Source: Malacoraja senta
Taxonomy: Eukaryota
Assembly (NCBI GenBank): GCA_038087875.1
Contig: CM075981.1
Span: forward strand, 17,484,001 to 17,548,000
Direction: 5' to 3'
Length of the DNA stretch: 64,000 nt
The notes beneath the pieces are model-generated. The model ran no database searches. It was not told where the DNA came from and worked only from the letters and a program-made list of their open reading frames with translations. Both the position numbers and the translations under genes were made by a program. This document shows positions 12,901-25,777 of the stretch, piece after piece. Every line of letters begins with the position of its first letter. Position 1 is the stretch's first letter.

Positions 12901-14550
12901 TCATGAAAAACTCCGCCTCAGGCTTTTGATAGTGCCTGGCTGGCCTAAACCGCCATGGAGCTACTCATACTAGGGAATATAACAGAGCCTTTAATGGCTG
13001 TTCCCAAGCGCAGAAATCTGCTGGTTTACCACGTGACTGTGGAGAACCATCCACTGCACGATTGAATCAAATTGTTGGTTTGCAGACTATGAGAAGACCT
13101 TTCCTGGGGTACGGACTGTCAGGTTGTACGGTGGATGTAATCACTACGGCCTGAAGAAATAGTACCAAGAAACAGTACATCTCCTATATCAAGGAATGGG
13201 AAGTGTTCTGTTTACAGTCCAATATATCGTATGACACGGTACGTATAACAGATGTCTTGGAATTCCTCTCAAAGCTATATTTCACGAGAGATGGGGTTAT
13301 AGTGCTATAAATGTTTACAGCAGTGCCTTGTCGTCATACTTCATGCTGGGGTCGGGACACCACGTTGTCGGGTCTCGACCTCTGATATCCAGATTTATGA
13401 AGGATATCTTCATCTCAAATTCCACAGGCCCAGGTACTCGGAGATGGGATGTTAATGCCCTGCTGACGGTGCGTCGCCGGTGGGCTCCAGCTACATCCCT
13501 GTCCTCGGTCAATATCACTTACAAAGTGGTCATCCTCATGGCACTGGGTTCAGCGCAACAGTTCCAGTCAATGCATAGCTACGACTGGACAAGTTAGTTT
13601 CATCTGCAAATAATATCATACTTTAAGTTCATGACAATCTTGCAGAGTAGACCGGGTGCGTCAGGTCTCAAGTTAGTTTCATGGCATACCCCATGGACCT
13701 TTGGTTGTGTGTGTGGTCACACATCTACAACAGACATCATGTCACCTAGAATCTTAGAGGCTCTGAACTTGCAATGTTTGTTAGTTACAATAAACTTCAT
13801 ACGTAGGTATCAGTATAGACCATCCCCAGGTGATTAAAACGGTTTCTGGCTTGTGCAGGAGTGAACACTGATGTTTTCAAATTTCTCTCCACCAAGGCTG
13901 CAACAACATCAGCAGCGAGGATTATAGATGTTTCGCTGGACCACATCCTAGCAGCTGTAGGAGGGTCAAACAAGCGAATTCCCAAAGGGTTATAACAAAC
14001 CCTTTGCAAGACCGGGGATATTTGCCAACTCTAATTTTGGGTTCTGTTTTAATTTCTCCTGGATGTGGGATTACTTTGATCATCACCCCGTCATCAAAAA
14101 GCATCAGCATTTTTACATTTATGTTATTCTTTATTAAATTTCACTCATCCCTGGTCAATTGATGCAGTGTGTGACGCATGGACTCGTGTCCACGGCATGA
14201 ACTCACAGAGCTTTGAAATATCCGCGTAGTCACTCACGTGACTCCGAAGTAAAATAGTAAGATTAAACGAGAACTTACCAGTTTGAAGTTTGATCTTTAT
14301 TTTATGAGGAGTTACGATGAGGGATTACGTGCCCTCCGCTCCCAGCCCTCTATCATAAAGGTCAGCTGCTAGTTCTAGTTTCTCGAATCTTACTATATTC
14401 AGTTTACAGCTGTTATCTGTGATTTCACACCGCTGCTTTGAAGATTGACGCGCATGCGGGCTGGTGGGTTCCTCACGTAATCTCTCATCGTAACTCCTCA
14501 TAAACTAAAGATCAAAATTCAAACTGGTAAGTTCTCGTTTAATCTTACCA
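9935..14550 (+). mobile_element. DIRS1-type tyrosine-recombinase retrotransposon, full length but decayed
   Basis: Left end ttttacttcggagtcacgtgagtgactacg is complementary to 14225-14254; 14255-14330 is complementary to the right end (ICR); RT IDLKDAYY (~11725) and YLDD (~11915); RNase H FQTDAS; methyltransferase-like DLFAS/PPF; YR remnants 13100-14000; no TSD. Confidence 0.92.
14225..14330 (+). repeat. DIRS internal complementary region (ICR)
   Basis: Adjacent reverse complements of the element's left terminus (9935-9964) and right terminus (~14475-14550). Confidence 0.9.
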
Positions 14551-15911
14551 TTATAGACCAGTCAGCCTGACATCGGTGGTGGGAAATTTGCTGGAGACAA
14601 TGATAAAATATGAAATAGCGGCACGTTTGGATCGCAGTAACAGGATCGGTCCGAGTCAGCATGGATTTACGAAGTGGAAATCATGCATTACTACTCTTCT
14701 GGAATAATTTGAGGATATAACATGGAAAATGGACAAAGGAGAGCCAGTGGATGTGGTGTGCCAGGAATTCAGGAAGGATTTGATGAGGTGCATCATAGGA
14801 GATTAATGGGCAAAATTAGAGCACATGGTATAGGGGGTGGGGTAATGATATGGATACAACATTGGCTGGCAGACAGGAAACAAATATTAAGGATCAACGG
14901 GTCCCTTTCAGAGTGGCATGCAGTGACTTGTGGTGTACCGCACGTTTCGGTGCTGGGACTGCAGCTATTTACAATATATATTGATGATTTAGATTAAGGG
15001 ATTAAAAGTAACATTAGCAAATTTGGAGATGAAACAAAGCTGGGTCGCAGTGTGAACTGCGAGGAGGGTGGTACCATGCTGGGTGACTTGCACAGGTTAG
15101 ATGAGTGGGCAGATGCACGGCAGATGGATCAATGTGAGGTTATCCATTTTGGTTGCAAGAAGAGGAAGGCAGATCATTATCTCAATGGTATCAACTTAGG
15201 AAAACGGGAAGTGCAACGAGACCTGTGTGTCCTTGTACATTCGTCATAAGCATGCAGGTAGAGCAGGTTGAGCAGAAAACTAATGGCATGCGAGCCTTCA
15301 TAACGAGAAGATTTGAGTATAGGAGAAAAGAGGTCCTTCTGCAGTTGTACGGGGCACTGTTGAGACCACACCTGGAGTATTGTGTGCAGTTTTGGTTTCC
15401 AAATTTAAGGAAGGATATTCTTGCTATTCAGGGAGTGAAGTGTATCTTCACGAGATTAATTCCCGCGATGGCGGGACTGTCAAATGTTGAACGAATGGAG
15501 AGACTGGGCTTGTATACACTAGCATTTAGAAGGATGAGTGGCGATCTTATTGAAACACATAAGATTATTAAGCGATTGGACACTATAGCAGCAGGAAACA
15601 TGTTCCCTGTGTTGGGGAGTCCAGAACCAGGGGCCGCATTTTACGATAAAGGGGTAGGCCATTTAGAACGCGGATGAGGAAAAACATGTTGACCCAGAGT
15701 GTTGTGAATCTGTGGAATTTTCCGCATGGAAGGTAGTGAGGGCCGATTCTCTTGATGCTTTGAAGATAAAGTTAGATAGAGCTATCAACGATAGCGGCGT
15801 CAATGGATATGGGGAGAAGGAAGGAGCGGGGTACCTATTGTGGATGATCACAGTGAATGGCGATGCTGGCGCTAAGGGCTGAATGGCCTACTCCTGCACC
15901 TATTGTCTATA

Positions 15912-18700
15912 AGACGATGGAAAATTTAATTTATCTGTGCTATTGCATTAGGTTAAACACATTAAAATAATACTTAAGTAGTTGCTGCACATTAGGTATG
16001 AATGAAAAGAAAATAACAATATATCATACGAGATGATATGCTCAAAAGTTATTCATATGATTCTCAGTGGCTTGTTAAAATGCATTAGAATGGAAGAGAT
16101 CGCACGGTTATTGTGATCAGACTTGATATATTGCTTACCATTATTTGTTCGTCTTACTTTCTCTTCTGCTGGAATATAAACAAGCACAGCAAAGACGGGC
16201 ATGAGAGCAAAGTTCATTGATAACAAACACCATGCTATCCAATGTAGTAAGGTGCCAATTGTCTTGTTTTGTATTTATGTTCCGTGCATGAAAATGCGGC
16301 TAATCCAGATTCTACATTAAATTAGATTTGGATATCAATTTCTCATTTCTCGTCGGTTCCGCGTTTTGGGATCTTTGAATGAAAGTTGAACACTATAAAT
16401 GTACAACAACACATCTTCTGACAAGGTGCCATAATACATTTTTTGCAGAAAGTTTACATCACGTCTACAAAACCAACACGTTATATCTAACGTTTAACAG
16501 CGATCTTGTATTTGCGTTTCCATGGTTTTGTTTAATTTACAGACGTTTTTATCCGTAAACAATCAACATCCTCTTGCAGCAGCCGCAGATGTCCATTATG
16601 ATAAAATTGATCCACAATTGATGTTATTTTTTTCTCAGCCCACTTATCCATATTCAACAATTGTAGAGCATACCATATTTTCAGCGGGTACGAACAATGT
16701 TCGAGTATCAATGTTAACTTTGTTTCTATCCACAAAGGCTACATAACCCGCTCACAGTTTGTCGAATCACATTCTCTGTTGCACATTGGCGAATAGAACA
16801 ATTTATGGTCTTTCAACTGTGTTTTCGCTGATTGACTGGTGAATGCATTTACGCTTTGCAGGCGACATAGCAAATTGAAATGAAAGTCACCAACAATAGT
16901 CGATTTCCTTTAAATTGATCAATGAAAACTAGGAAAATCGTGACTTTTCAAAACTCGACATAAAAAATAATAGTTTACAGAAATGTTTCGACCGAAAAGT
17001 CGCACGTCCTTTCCCCTCACATTTGTTTCCTGGGCCGTTAGGTTTCTCCAGCACTTCGTGTTTCGAAAAATAAATTCAATCGTTTTCAGAAGATATTGTA
17101 ATTTGCATGAAATTCCGTGACAACCATTTTCTCGTCAAAATGATGACTGATAAATTGCTTGCTGCTGCTTTATCGTGAGACATGTGACCCTCCTGCAAGA
17201 CAGTGCTGTTGTACAATGGGGACTATGAAGGCATGAGAGGGGAGCTGGCCAAAGTAAACTGGAAAGGGATCCTAGCAGGAATCACGGTGGAACAGCAATG
17301 GCAGGAATTTCTGGGCATAATCCGGAAAACGCAGGATCATTTAATTCCAAAAAGGAAGAACGATTCTAAGGGGAGTAGGAAGACAAAGGTCGTCGGTATT
17401 TCCCGTGAATGACAGGTTCCTGGTCTTCCCGTCGACGTCCAAACTTCATCAAACATATTTAATTTTTTTTTTCCTACGAGGTTTCTTCTAAATATATTGT
17501 TAAAATTGCGATTCATTTTATTTAACCGCGACCCGCGCAATCATGTTGTGCAGGACGGAAAGATAGCAACCATTCACACTGTAGCTCGTTTGCGGATTAA
17601 ATAGATTTTGTATTTTTCCTTAATGTTGAGGTCCCTTAATACTTACTATAGCGTAGTCATGCAAGTAAGGAGGTAGAGAACTGCTCAAAAATCATGTAAA
17701 AAAAAAAGTAGGCAACAAAGCTCCTGCGCAAAACGACAGCGTATCAGCATCAGTGTCCACAATGACTACAGTATATCTGAAATCATCGCATTTATATGGC
17801 TGATGAGCTCTAGCCCGCTCAATTCGATGTTTTTGATATTGTAGAGAAATCACCAATGCTATATCTGGAAAAGCAAAATGGAAAATGTGTTGGATCTGGC
17901 TGGATGTATGCAATTATATTTCCATTCATTTTAAGGAATCCACATGTTGCTGTAAAAAATAATATTTTTGGTCAAGAGAGGTGATTCTCAACGATTATTT
18001 TAAACACTGCGGTATTTCTTCCGCTGCAGACCTGCAGCACTATTATGAAAGAAATTATTGGATATACATCAAGAAAAACTAAAAGGTAGACAGATTGCTT
18101 ATTCAGTGTGATTGTACTGGACGCGAACAGAAACCTCTTTTGCCAGAGTTTCCATCAACCGTGTTTATCTTGAGAGTAGATATTAATAGTTTGGGGAAGT
18201 CTGCACAAGAAAAGCAGGTACGACTAAGGCAGCAATTTGATGCATCGTATACCATACGGCTATTTGACATCATGCTGTTAATGGCATAGCATTACATTCA
18301 TCTTTAGTTTCTAGATCGCCTTGAGCGTCGGGAAGCGATTTGGAGCAGCAATAACCTTAAAAAGAGAGAAAGCAATTACGTGTAATGTGTGCTTTGCTGA
18401 TCGAGGAAGTGCCGGTATTAATGGCGCTCGTCAACTCGTCCTTCTTACTAACTGTATGTCCGATATTCTTTATATGTTTGAGTCTTCTGGAAATCAATTG
18501 TGAGTCAACTTATTGGACAGGTAGTTGGACACTATTATTAGAAATTGATATCGTCTGTCGTTTGCAAAATATGTATCATGAATTGTCTCACGCTGACAAA
18601 GATTCGGGTATTGCTGCATGAAATTTCGGCTGCATTATTTGACGAAGCGTTACGAATGAATTTTAAATGTGCAGCAATTACCTTGTATATTGATATACAC
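15912..18700 (-). pseudogene. RNF213: RNF213-like pseudogene: late AAA modules, hinge and E3 back (contains CR1 fragment 17200-17390)
   Basis: FPEDS (~18490) ~ FPKDQ; DFPKLLISTLK (~18170-18202) ~ HFPIPLINRLEK; IIVLQV (~18030-18046) ~ SVVLQV; SIVDQFYHNGHLRLL ~ ISFIDRDGNLELL; SLLNV ~ MLLNI. Confidence 0.7.
17200..17390 (+). mobile_element. CR1 ORF2 linker fragment
   Basis: GDYEGMRGELAKVNW..VEQQWQEF matches the CR1 ORF2 elsewhere in the window. Confidence 0.85.
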
Positions 18701-19306
18701 GTTTTCCCCTTGATTCAAACTCGGAGAATTACGGTAATGGCCAACCGTAGGTACTTGGGGGTTAGGGTTAGGGTTAGGGTTAGGATGCTGCAAAAATGTC
18801 CCGACTTTTTGCCTGATGCCCCGAGTGCCTAAGGCTGGCATTACGAGCCGCTACGAATTATCTAATGAATCGTACGGCCTGCTACGGACTCGGTACGGAC
18901 ACCTACGGACTCGCTGCGGACATTCTCCGAGTTTGAAGCAAGGGGAAAACTCGGGAGAATTCGTGAGTAACTCGGGAAAGTGTGACAGGCCCTTAAAGAT
19001 AGTGGGCGTAACTACAAAGGCATGACTCAGAACATGATTGACACTGATCTACACCCCCCCCCTCTTAAAGAATCAACAAAAACACTTTCACGACCTAATT
19101 CACGACCTCAGCCGTTTGCCCTTGACTCATACTCGCAGCATGTTCGTCATGAGACAATAGGAGGTCGTAGCTGGGCCGTGGGTAGGTCGTGATGCTAGTC
19201 GTGGATACTCATGGCATCAAGTAGGTCGGGGCGTTTTTCTAGCATGATGAAACATGTGCACGAGTAAAAATGGTCGTGATTTATGTCGTGAAAGTGGGAC
19301 AGGCCC
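18698..19306. mobile_element. Fragments of non-autonomous DNA transposon(s), PIF/Harbinger-like ends
   Basis: Two ends aaagtg(t/g)gacaggccc (~18978-18992 followed by ttaa; ~19291-19306); internal inverted segment 18700-18730 vs 18922-18950. Confidence 0.55.
18760..18784 (+). repeat. Interstitial telomeric repeat (TTAGGG)n, ~4 units
   Basis: ggttagggttagggttagggttagg. Confidence 0.9.
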
Positions 19307-19359
19307 AGGCACGCATAGCAATTGATGATAAACTGGAGGAAAGCCAAACATAGCTCTGG

Positions 19360-19990
19360 TACTTCACTACCGGCTTGCAAACACGACCAGCACGTAACCG
19401 ATAAAGACCATTCCGTTATTTCCACCCTGGGTAATAGCAGGAGGCTTCACCGGTGAGGTAGACTGTATCAGCATTCCTGGAGATGAAGCAGGAGACTGTG
19501 GCGCAGGCAAAGTCGTCACTGCCAGAGGAGCCGTTGCAGACGCGGGTTGTTGTGCTGGTATAGGCGGAAGAGTGCTGTGAGACTCCGACGGAAGCATATT
19601 TGTACGGTCTGGATAATACGCAGGAGGATCTGGCTCGTTCACAGGCAGGATATGTAGTCTGTTACGCATGGAGGTGCCGCCATCGGCACTGACCATATAC
19701 GAGCGTGTCTCAGAAGCAATTCCAGAAATCACACAAACACGGTCATGGTCTTTGTCACCAGCCCCTTGTTCAATGGTGGATGTGGCCTACTTGTTTTGGC
19801 AAACCATTGTTTTTGAATGTCACGCTTATGTTATACCCTGGAATGAACCTCCTCGGGTGGGAACACCTGTGGGATCAATGCCTGATCCGCCAGAGGCACC
19901 ATGGCACGGGTCTGCCTCGACAATAAACGTTGAGCGGGTGAATCCAAAATGGGGTCGTCGGAGATGTTGCGTAAGTTGAGCAGGTTCAGG
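19360..19990 (-). mobile_element. Ty3/Gypsy integrase C-terminal fragment
   Basis: RSYMV..RNRLHIL ~ PRSY..RNRRHL followed by Pro-rich tail; PPT-like run plus TG at ~19050-19070 on minus strand. Confidence 0.6.
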
Positions 19991-19999
19991 AATACGTCG

Positions 20000-20252
20000 G
20001 AATTATTATTATTTTTTTTAATTTTTTTTTTATACCTTTAATAATCCTTTGCAGGAAATTACAATGCCACGACAGCTTCAAGACAGACATAACACCACAA
20101 ATAGCTTCCATACTTAACAAGTTAAAATACAAGTTAAAATACAAGTTAAAGTACAATTAATTAAAAAAAAGTGCAGTTATTTATGCGCATTATATAACCT
20201 TATCGCAGCTGGTAAACAGGACTTCCTATGTCTCTCAGTTTTGCACATTGGT
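20000..20252 (-). mobile_element. Non-LTR retrotransposon 3' end (L2/Rex-like)
   Basis: T-rich tail on plus strand and RT C-terminal-like APMCKTERHRKSCLPAAIRLYN. Confidence 0.55.
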
Positions 20253-20838
20253 GCAATCATTCTCCTTCATATTGGAATTTCAGAAGCTGTCGAGATGCAC
20301 AATATTGTCTTTCAGCATTGTAATTTTATAAAAGAAAAGAAACAACTGCTGTATTAACTCAGCGGCTCAGCAACAACTGTGGAGGATATGGAAAGGTGGA
20401 CGTTTTGGGTAGGATCACATCTTCCGTCTGCGTTACACCAGGGCTTTGTGTTTTTGCTGTCTACCAACATTTGCAGTCCATCGTGTCCCTGCCCTTTATT
20501 GTTTGTTTGTTAGTATTTTCTCGATTCTGAGCACTTTCGTTGCCATCACTGCATCTTGCTAACATCTGGGTCAATGCCTAATATTCTCTATCCAAGCATT
20601 ACCTTAGACAATGCTTGTCATCGCAATTCGCCGTTCTTCTAGGAAACGAAAATATTTCAATGCACATTTCCAGTTCTGATAGATGGATATCAATTTGAAA
20701 TATATACTCGCTGTCATTGGCAATGGATGCTGCTGACTCCAGCAGTTGTTTCTTTTCTTTTATAAAATTACAATGCTGAAAGACAATATTGTGCATCTCG
20801 ACAGCTTCTGAAATTCCAATATGAAGGAGAATGATTGC
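20253..20838. repeat. Perfect 99-bp inverted repeat (20253-20351 / 20740-20838)
   Basis: Arms are exact reverse complements. Confidence 0.95.
20335..20490. mobile_element. Decayed Penelope-type palindromic terminal element
   Basis: aactcagcgg..gacgttttgggt motif shared with 36385-36600. Confidence 0.55.
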
Positions 20839-22200
20839 CACTCTCAACGGGTAATATTGCAGATGTAGTTCATCTTAAAGTTGCGGGACAATAGACCAGT
20901 GAAAAAAGGTTTCGGCACAAAGCTGAAAATGTCATTATCTGAAATTGTTGAAATGCACACTGTGTAAATACAGTGTGAACAGATAGCACGCAAATGCTGT
21001 TTCGTGATTTATGGTGTGTTTTTATTCGCACAGGAGGCTCGTGCGAAGAGACATAGCTCATTGTACGAAAGGAATGAGGAATCAAATTGGCAGATTACAT
21101 TTATTGTCAACTTGAGGTAATCGCTAACGACCGAAAAAAACCATTATAATAATTTATATGTAGACTTGTCTTGGAGCTGGTAGGCATCTGGGTACAAAGC
21201 TAGATTTAACCATCTGTTCAACGGTTATATCTTCATAGTGCATCACATCGTAATAAGAGTCTATTGGACCCAAGATATGTGTGCCGACTATGAACCCAAT
21301 CAATCAAATCCTGTGCATGCCTAAATGCTATTTCATTGTTGCTAATCAGGAGCGTTCACCACCGCCCGTGGTGCTTTTCCAGCATCTACTACACATTTTG
21401 GATATAAAATGCCTTGCATCGCACATTTCTATGTATGTTCGATATTATTTATATAATTCAGTCTTCTACAATTCAATTGTGACTCAATTTTCTGGACAGG
21501 TAGTTGGACACTATTATTGGAAATGGATATCATCTGTCGTTTGTAATGTATGTGTCATGAATTGTCTCACGCTGAGAAATATTCGGGTATAGCTGCGTGA
21601 AATTTTCGGCTGTATTATTTTTCCGAAGTGTTACGAATGAATTTTAAATGTGCAGCTATTACCTTGTACATTAATAACTGGGTTTGATGAGTTTGCGCTT
21701 GAATATCTCAACAATCTTCGGCTGTGTCATACTTAGATGGCTTGACTGTTATTTTACTCCAACATTCCACCTTCTTTTCTGCAAGAGTTATTTGTTTCCA
21801 CATTTGTTCCTACTCTGCGTTGATATTAAAGAGGTTGTCTTCACTTCGCCCCCTTCAATGACACCTACATCTATTAAAAACGTATCAGTCACGATCCAGA
21901 TCGCGGTCAAGTAACCAATGCAACATTATTTTATCCTATCGGTTGCAAATACACATGGGTTCAAGTGAAAGTGGAAGCATCGACACATACGTGACACACG
22001 TGTATTGCATTGATCTTATATATCTTATATTGTAAAGATAATTATTTTCCAAGCAGTTGAAGCTTTTTCAACAATGATTGGTACCTGCAGAGCTTTTTGA
22101 AAAAATAAACGTCTTGGACTGGAAAGTGTCATCGCAATGCGAGTGCTGCATTGCTACAAAGATGAAACCTGGAGTAAAATTCATTGTTTTATATTTGAAA
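20495..22200 (-). pseudogene. RNF213: RNF213-like pseudogene: central AAA+ modules
   Basis: PGFIFVA ~ SGLHIIA; MLPLSLEP ~ ALPPSLIP; FLSVRQ ~ FVSLRD; SSKT (~21170) Walker A remnant ~ PGSSKS; VFTQCAFQQ ~ TFRQCARFQQ; DELHL ~ DEVGL; HIGISE ~ FVGISN; LLESAASI ~ LIESAKGI; REY*AL..M ~ RDYYSLIKM. Confidence 0.78.
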
Positions 22201-22661
22201 CATAGCAACTTAGAAAATAGGTGCAGGAGTAGGCCATTCGGCCCTTCGAGCCTGCATCTCCATTCAATATGATCATGGCTGATCATCCAACTCAGTATCC
22301 CGTACCTCCCTTCTCTCCATACCCCCTGATTCATTTAGCCACAGGGGCCACATCTCACTCCCTCTTAAATATAGCCAATGAACTGGCCTCAACTACCTTC
22401 TGTGGCAGCGAGTTGCAGAGATTCGCCACTCTCTGTGTGAAAAAAGTTGTTCTCATCTCGGTCCTAAAGGATTCCCCCTCTATCCTTGAGGTGTAATCTC
22501 TATCTGTGAGCCCTTGTCCTGGACTTCCCCAACATCGGGAAAAATCTTCCTGCATCTAACCTGTCCAACCCCTTAAGAATTGTGTAAGTTTCTATAAGAC
22601 CCCCCCTCAATCTCCGAAATTCTAGCGAGTACAAGCCGAGTCTATCCAGTCTTTCTTCACA

Positions 22662-23107
22662 TGAAAGTCCTGATATTTGACAAACAAGTCAATGCCGTGG
22701 TAAAAGCTTGCTTCTTTCAGCTTCGGACGATAGCTAAAATAAAACAATTCCTCCAGTTTGATGACCTGGAAAAGATCATCCACACATTCATCTCCACCCG
22801 CCTAGATTACTGCAACTCCCTTTACACTGGTATCAGCCAATATTCCCTGTCCCGCCTGCAACTGGTCCAAAACGCTGCAGCGAGACTCCTGACAGGCATC
22901 CGAAAAAGGGACCACATCACCGCGATCCTGGCCTCTCTCCACTGGCTCTCTGTACGGTTCCGTATAAACTTTAAGATCCTCCTCCATGTCTACAAAGCCG
23001 TCAATGCGCTTGCCCCCACCTACATAAAAAGTCTTCTCACCCACGACTCCACCTCCAGGCCCCTCAGATCGGCCGACTTGGGGTTACTGAATATCCCACG
23101 GTCTAGG
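22662..23107 (+). mobile_element. L2-type LINE RT C-terminal fragment
   Basis: FFQLRTIAKIK..RLDYCNSL..LQLVQNAAARLL..HITAILASLHWL. Confidence 0.9.
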
Positions 23108-25777
23108 ATAATGCTATTTCCGGCAGATTATTTATGGCTTCCATAGTGAAGACGGAAACAAAGTACTTATTCAATTGGTCCGCCATGTCCTTGTTCCCCA
23201 TGATCAATTCACCTGTTTCTGACTGCAAGGGACCTACATTTGTTTTAACTAATCTCTTTCTCTTCACATATCTATAAGAACTTTTGCAGTCAGTTTTAAT
23301 GTTCAATTTTCTTTCATAATTTATTTTCCCTTTCCTAATTAAGCTCTTTGTCCTCCTCTGCTTGTCTCTGAATTTCTCCCAGTCCTCTGGTCGGCTGCTT
23401 TTTCTGGCTAATTTGTACGTTTCATCGTTTGCTTTGATACTATCCCTGATTTCCCTTGTTATTCACGGATGCACTACCTTCCCTGATTGGTTCTTTTGCC
23501 AAACTATGATGAACAATTTGTGTAGTTTATCCATGCAGTCTTTAAATGCCTTCCATTGCATATCCACCGTCAACACTTTAAGAATTATACGCCAGTCAAT
23601 CTTGGCCAATTCACGTCTCATACCCTCAAAGTTACCTTTCTTTAAGTTCAGAACTATTGTTTCTGAATTAACAATGTCACTCTCCATCCTAATGAAGAAC
23701 TCAACCATATTATGATCACTCTTGCCCAAGGGGCAACGCACAACACGACTGTTAACTAACCCTTCCTCATTACTCAATACCCAGTCTAGAATAGCCTGCT
23801 CTCTCATTGGTTCCTCTACATGTTGGTTTAGAAAACTATCCCGCATACATTCCAAGAAATCCTCTTCCTCAGCACCCCTGCCAATTTGACTCACCCAATC
23901 TATATGTAGATTGAAGTCACCCATTATAACTGTTTTACCGTTGTTGCACGCTTTTCTAATTTCCTGTTTAATGCCATCCCCAACTTCACTACTACTGTTA
24001 GGTGGCCTGTAAACAACACCCACTAGCGTGTTCTGCCCCTTAGTGTTTCGCAGCTCTACCCATATCGATCCACATCCACCAAGCTAATGTCCTTCCTTTC
24101 CATTGCGTTAATCTCCTCTCTAACCAGCAACGCTACCCCACCTCCTTTTCTTTCTGTCAATCCCTCCTAAATATTGAATATCCTTGGATGTTCAACTCCC
24201 AGCCTTGGTCACCCTGGAGCCATGTCTCCGTGATCCCAACTATATCATAATCATTAATAGCTATCTGCACATTCAACTCATCTACCTTATTACGAATGCT
24301 CCCTGCATTGAGACACAAAGCCTTCAGGCTTGTTTTTACAACGCTCTTACCCGTTATACAATTTTGTTGAAAAGTGGCCCTTTTTGATTTTTGCCCTGGA
24401 TTTGTCTGCCTGCCACTTTTACTTGTCACCTTGCTATCTATTGTTTTTACCCCCATTTTACACCCCTCTGTCTCTCTGCTCACACATTTAAGAACCCCAC
24501 CACCTCTTATTCTCTGTTTATTATTGTTTTCTTCTTACCCCCCTACATGTTGGGTCTGAGTGCTTCCCTTCTCTGCCCCCTGGCTCACACACTGTCTACG
24601 AGCTTTCTCTATTTGAGTCCCTCCCCCCAACCGTTCTAGTTTAAAGTCTCCGCGGTAGCCTTTGCAAATATCGCCGCCAGGATATTGGTCCCTCTCGAGT
24701 TCAAGTGCAACCCATCATTTTTGTACAGGTCGCACCTTCCACAAAAGAGGTCCCAATGATACAGAAACTTGAATCCTTGCCTTCTGCACCAGTCCTTCAG
24801 CTACGCATTTATCCTCCACCTCGCTCCATTCCTACTCTCAATGTCGCATGGTACAGGCAGTAATCCATAGATTGTTACCTTTGCGGTTACCTTACCTTTA
24901 TAACTCTCCTCCTAACTCCCTAAATTCTCCTTTCAGGACCTCTTATCTTTTTCTACCTATGTCATTGGTACCTATATGTACCACGACCTCGGGCTCCTCT
25001 CCCCACCATTTCAGGATATCGTGGATACGTTCAGACACACCAGAGACCCTGGCACAAGGGAGGCAAACTACCATCCGCGACTCCCGACTGAGTCCGCAGA
25101 ATCGCCTGTCTGATACCCTAACTATAGAGTCCCCTATTGCTAATGCCCTCCTCTTCTTTTCCTTACCATTCTGAGCAACATGACCGGTCTTTGTAGAGGA
25201 GGCCCGGCCGCTGTTGCTACCCCCAGGTAGGCTGTCCCCCCCAACAGAATTCAAACAGGAATACTTATTGTCAAGGTGTACAACCAACGGGGTTCTCTCT
25301 AGTCCCTGCCTGTGCCCCTTGCCCCTCCTACCCGTTACCCACTTGCCTGCCTCCTGTGGACTTGGAGTGACCACCTCTATGTAACTCCTCTCAATTACTT
25401 CCTCGCTCTCCCTGACCAGACGGAGTTCATCGAGCTGCTGCTCCAGGTTCCTAATACGGTCCCTTAGGAGCCCCATCTCGACGCACCTGGCGCAGATGTG
25501 GACGTCTAGAAGGCTATCAGATTCCTTGACCTCGCACATCTGACATCCAGAACAGTAAACTGCCCTGGCACTCATACTCCCCTCTTACCTAGGATACAAT
25601 ACAAAGTACAGTACAATACAAAACACAGTACAATACAATGTACAATACAATACAATCAGCAAGGATCCGACTCCCAATCAGCTGCTCCCTCTTGTCTGCT
25701 TCCACCAATCAGTGGCTTCCTCAAGCCCACTTGTTTTGAAATGCGAATGTAACTTGGAACGTTACAAATTTCGGTTC

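Larger units (their letters stand above)
9618..15911 (+). mobile_element. CR1 LINE 3' half, split by DIRS insertion (9618-9934 + 14551-15911)
   Basis: gcagggaa|ttatagaccagtcagc rejoins as GNYRPVSL; RT motifs; 3' end cctactcctgcacctattgtctat. Confidence 0.92.
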
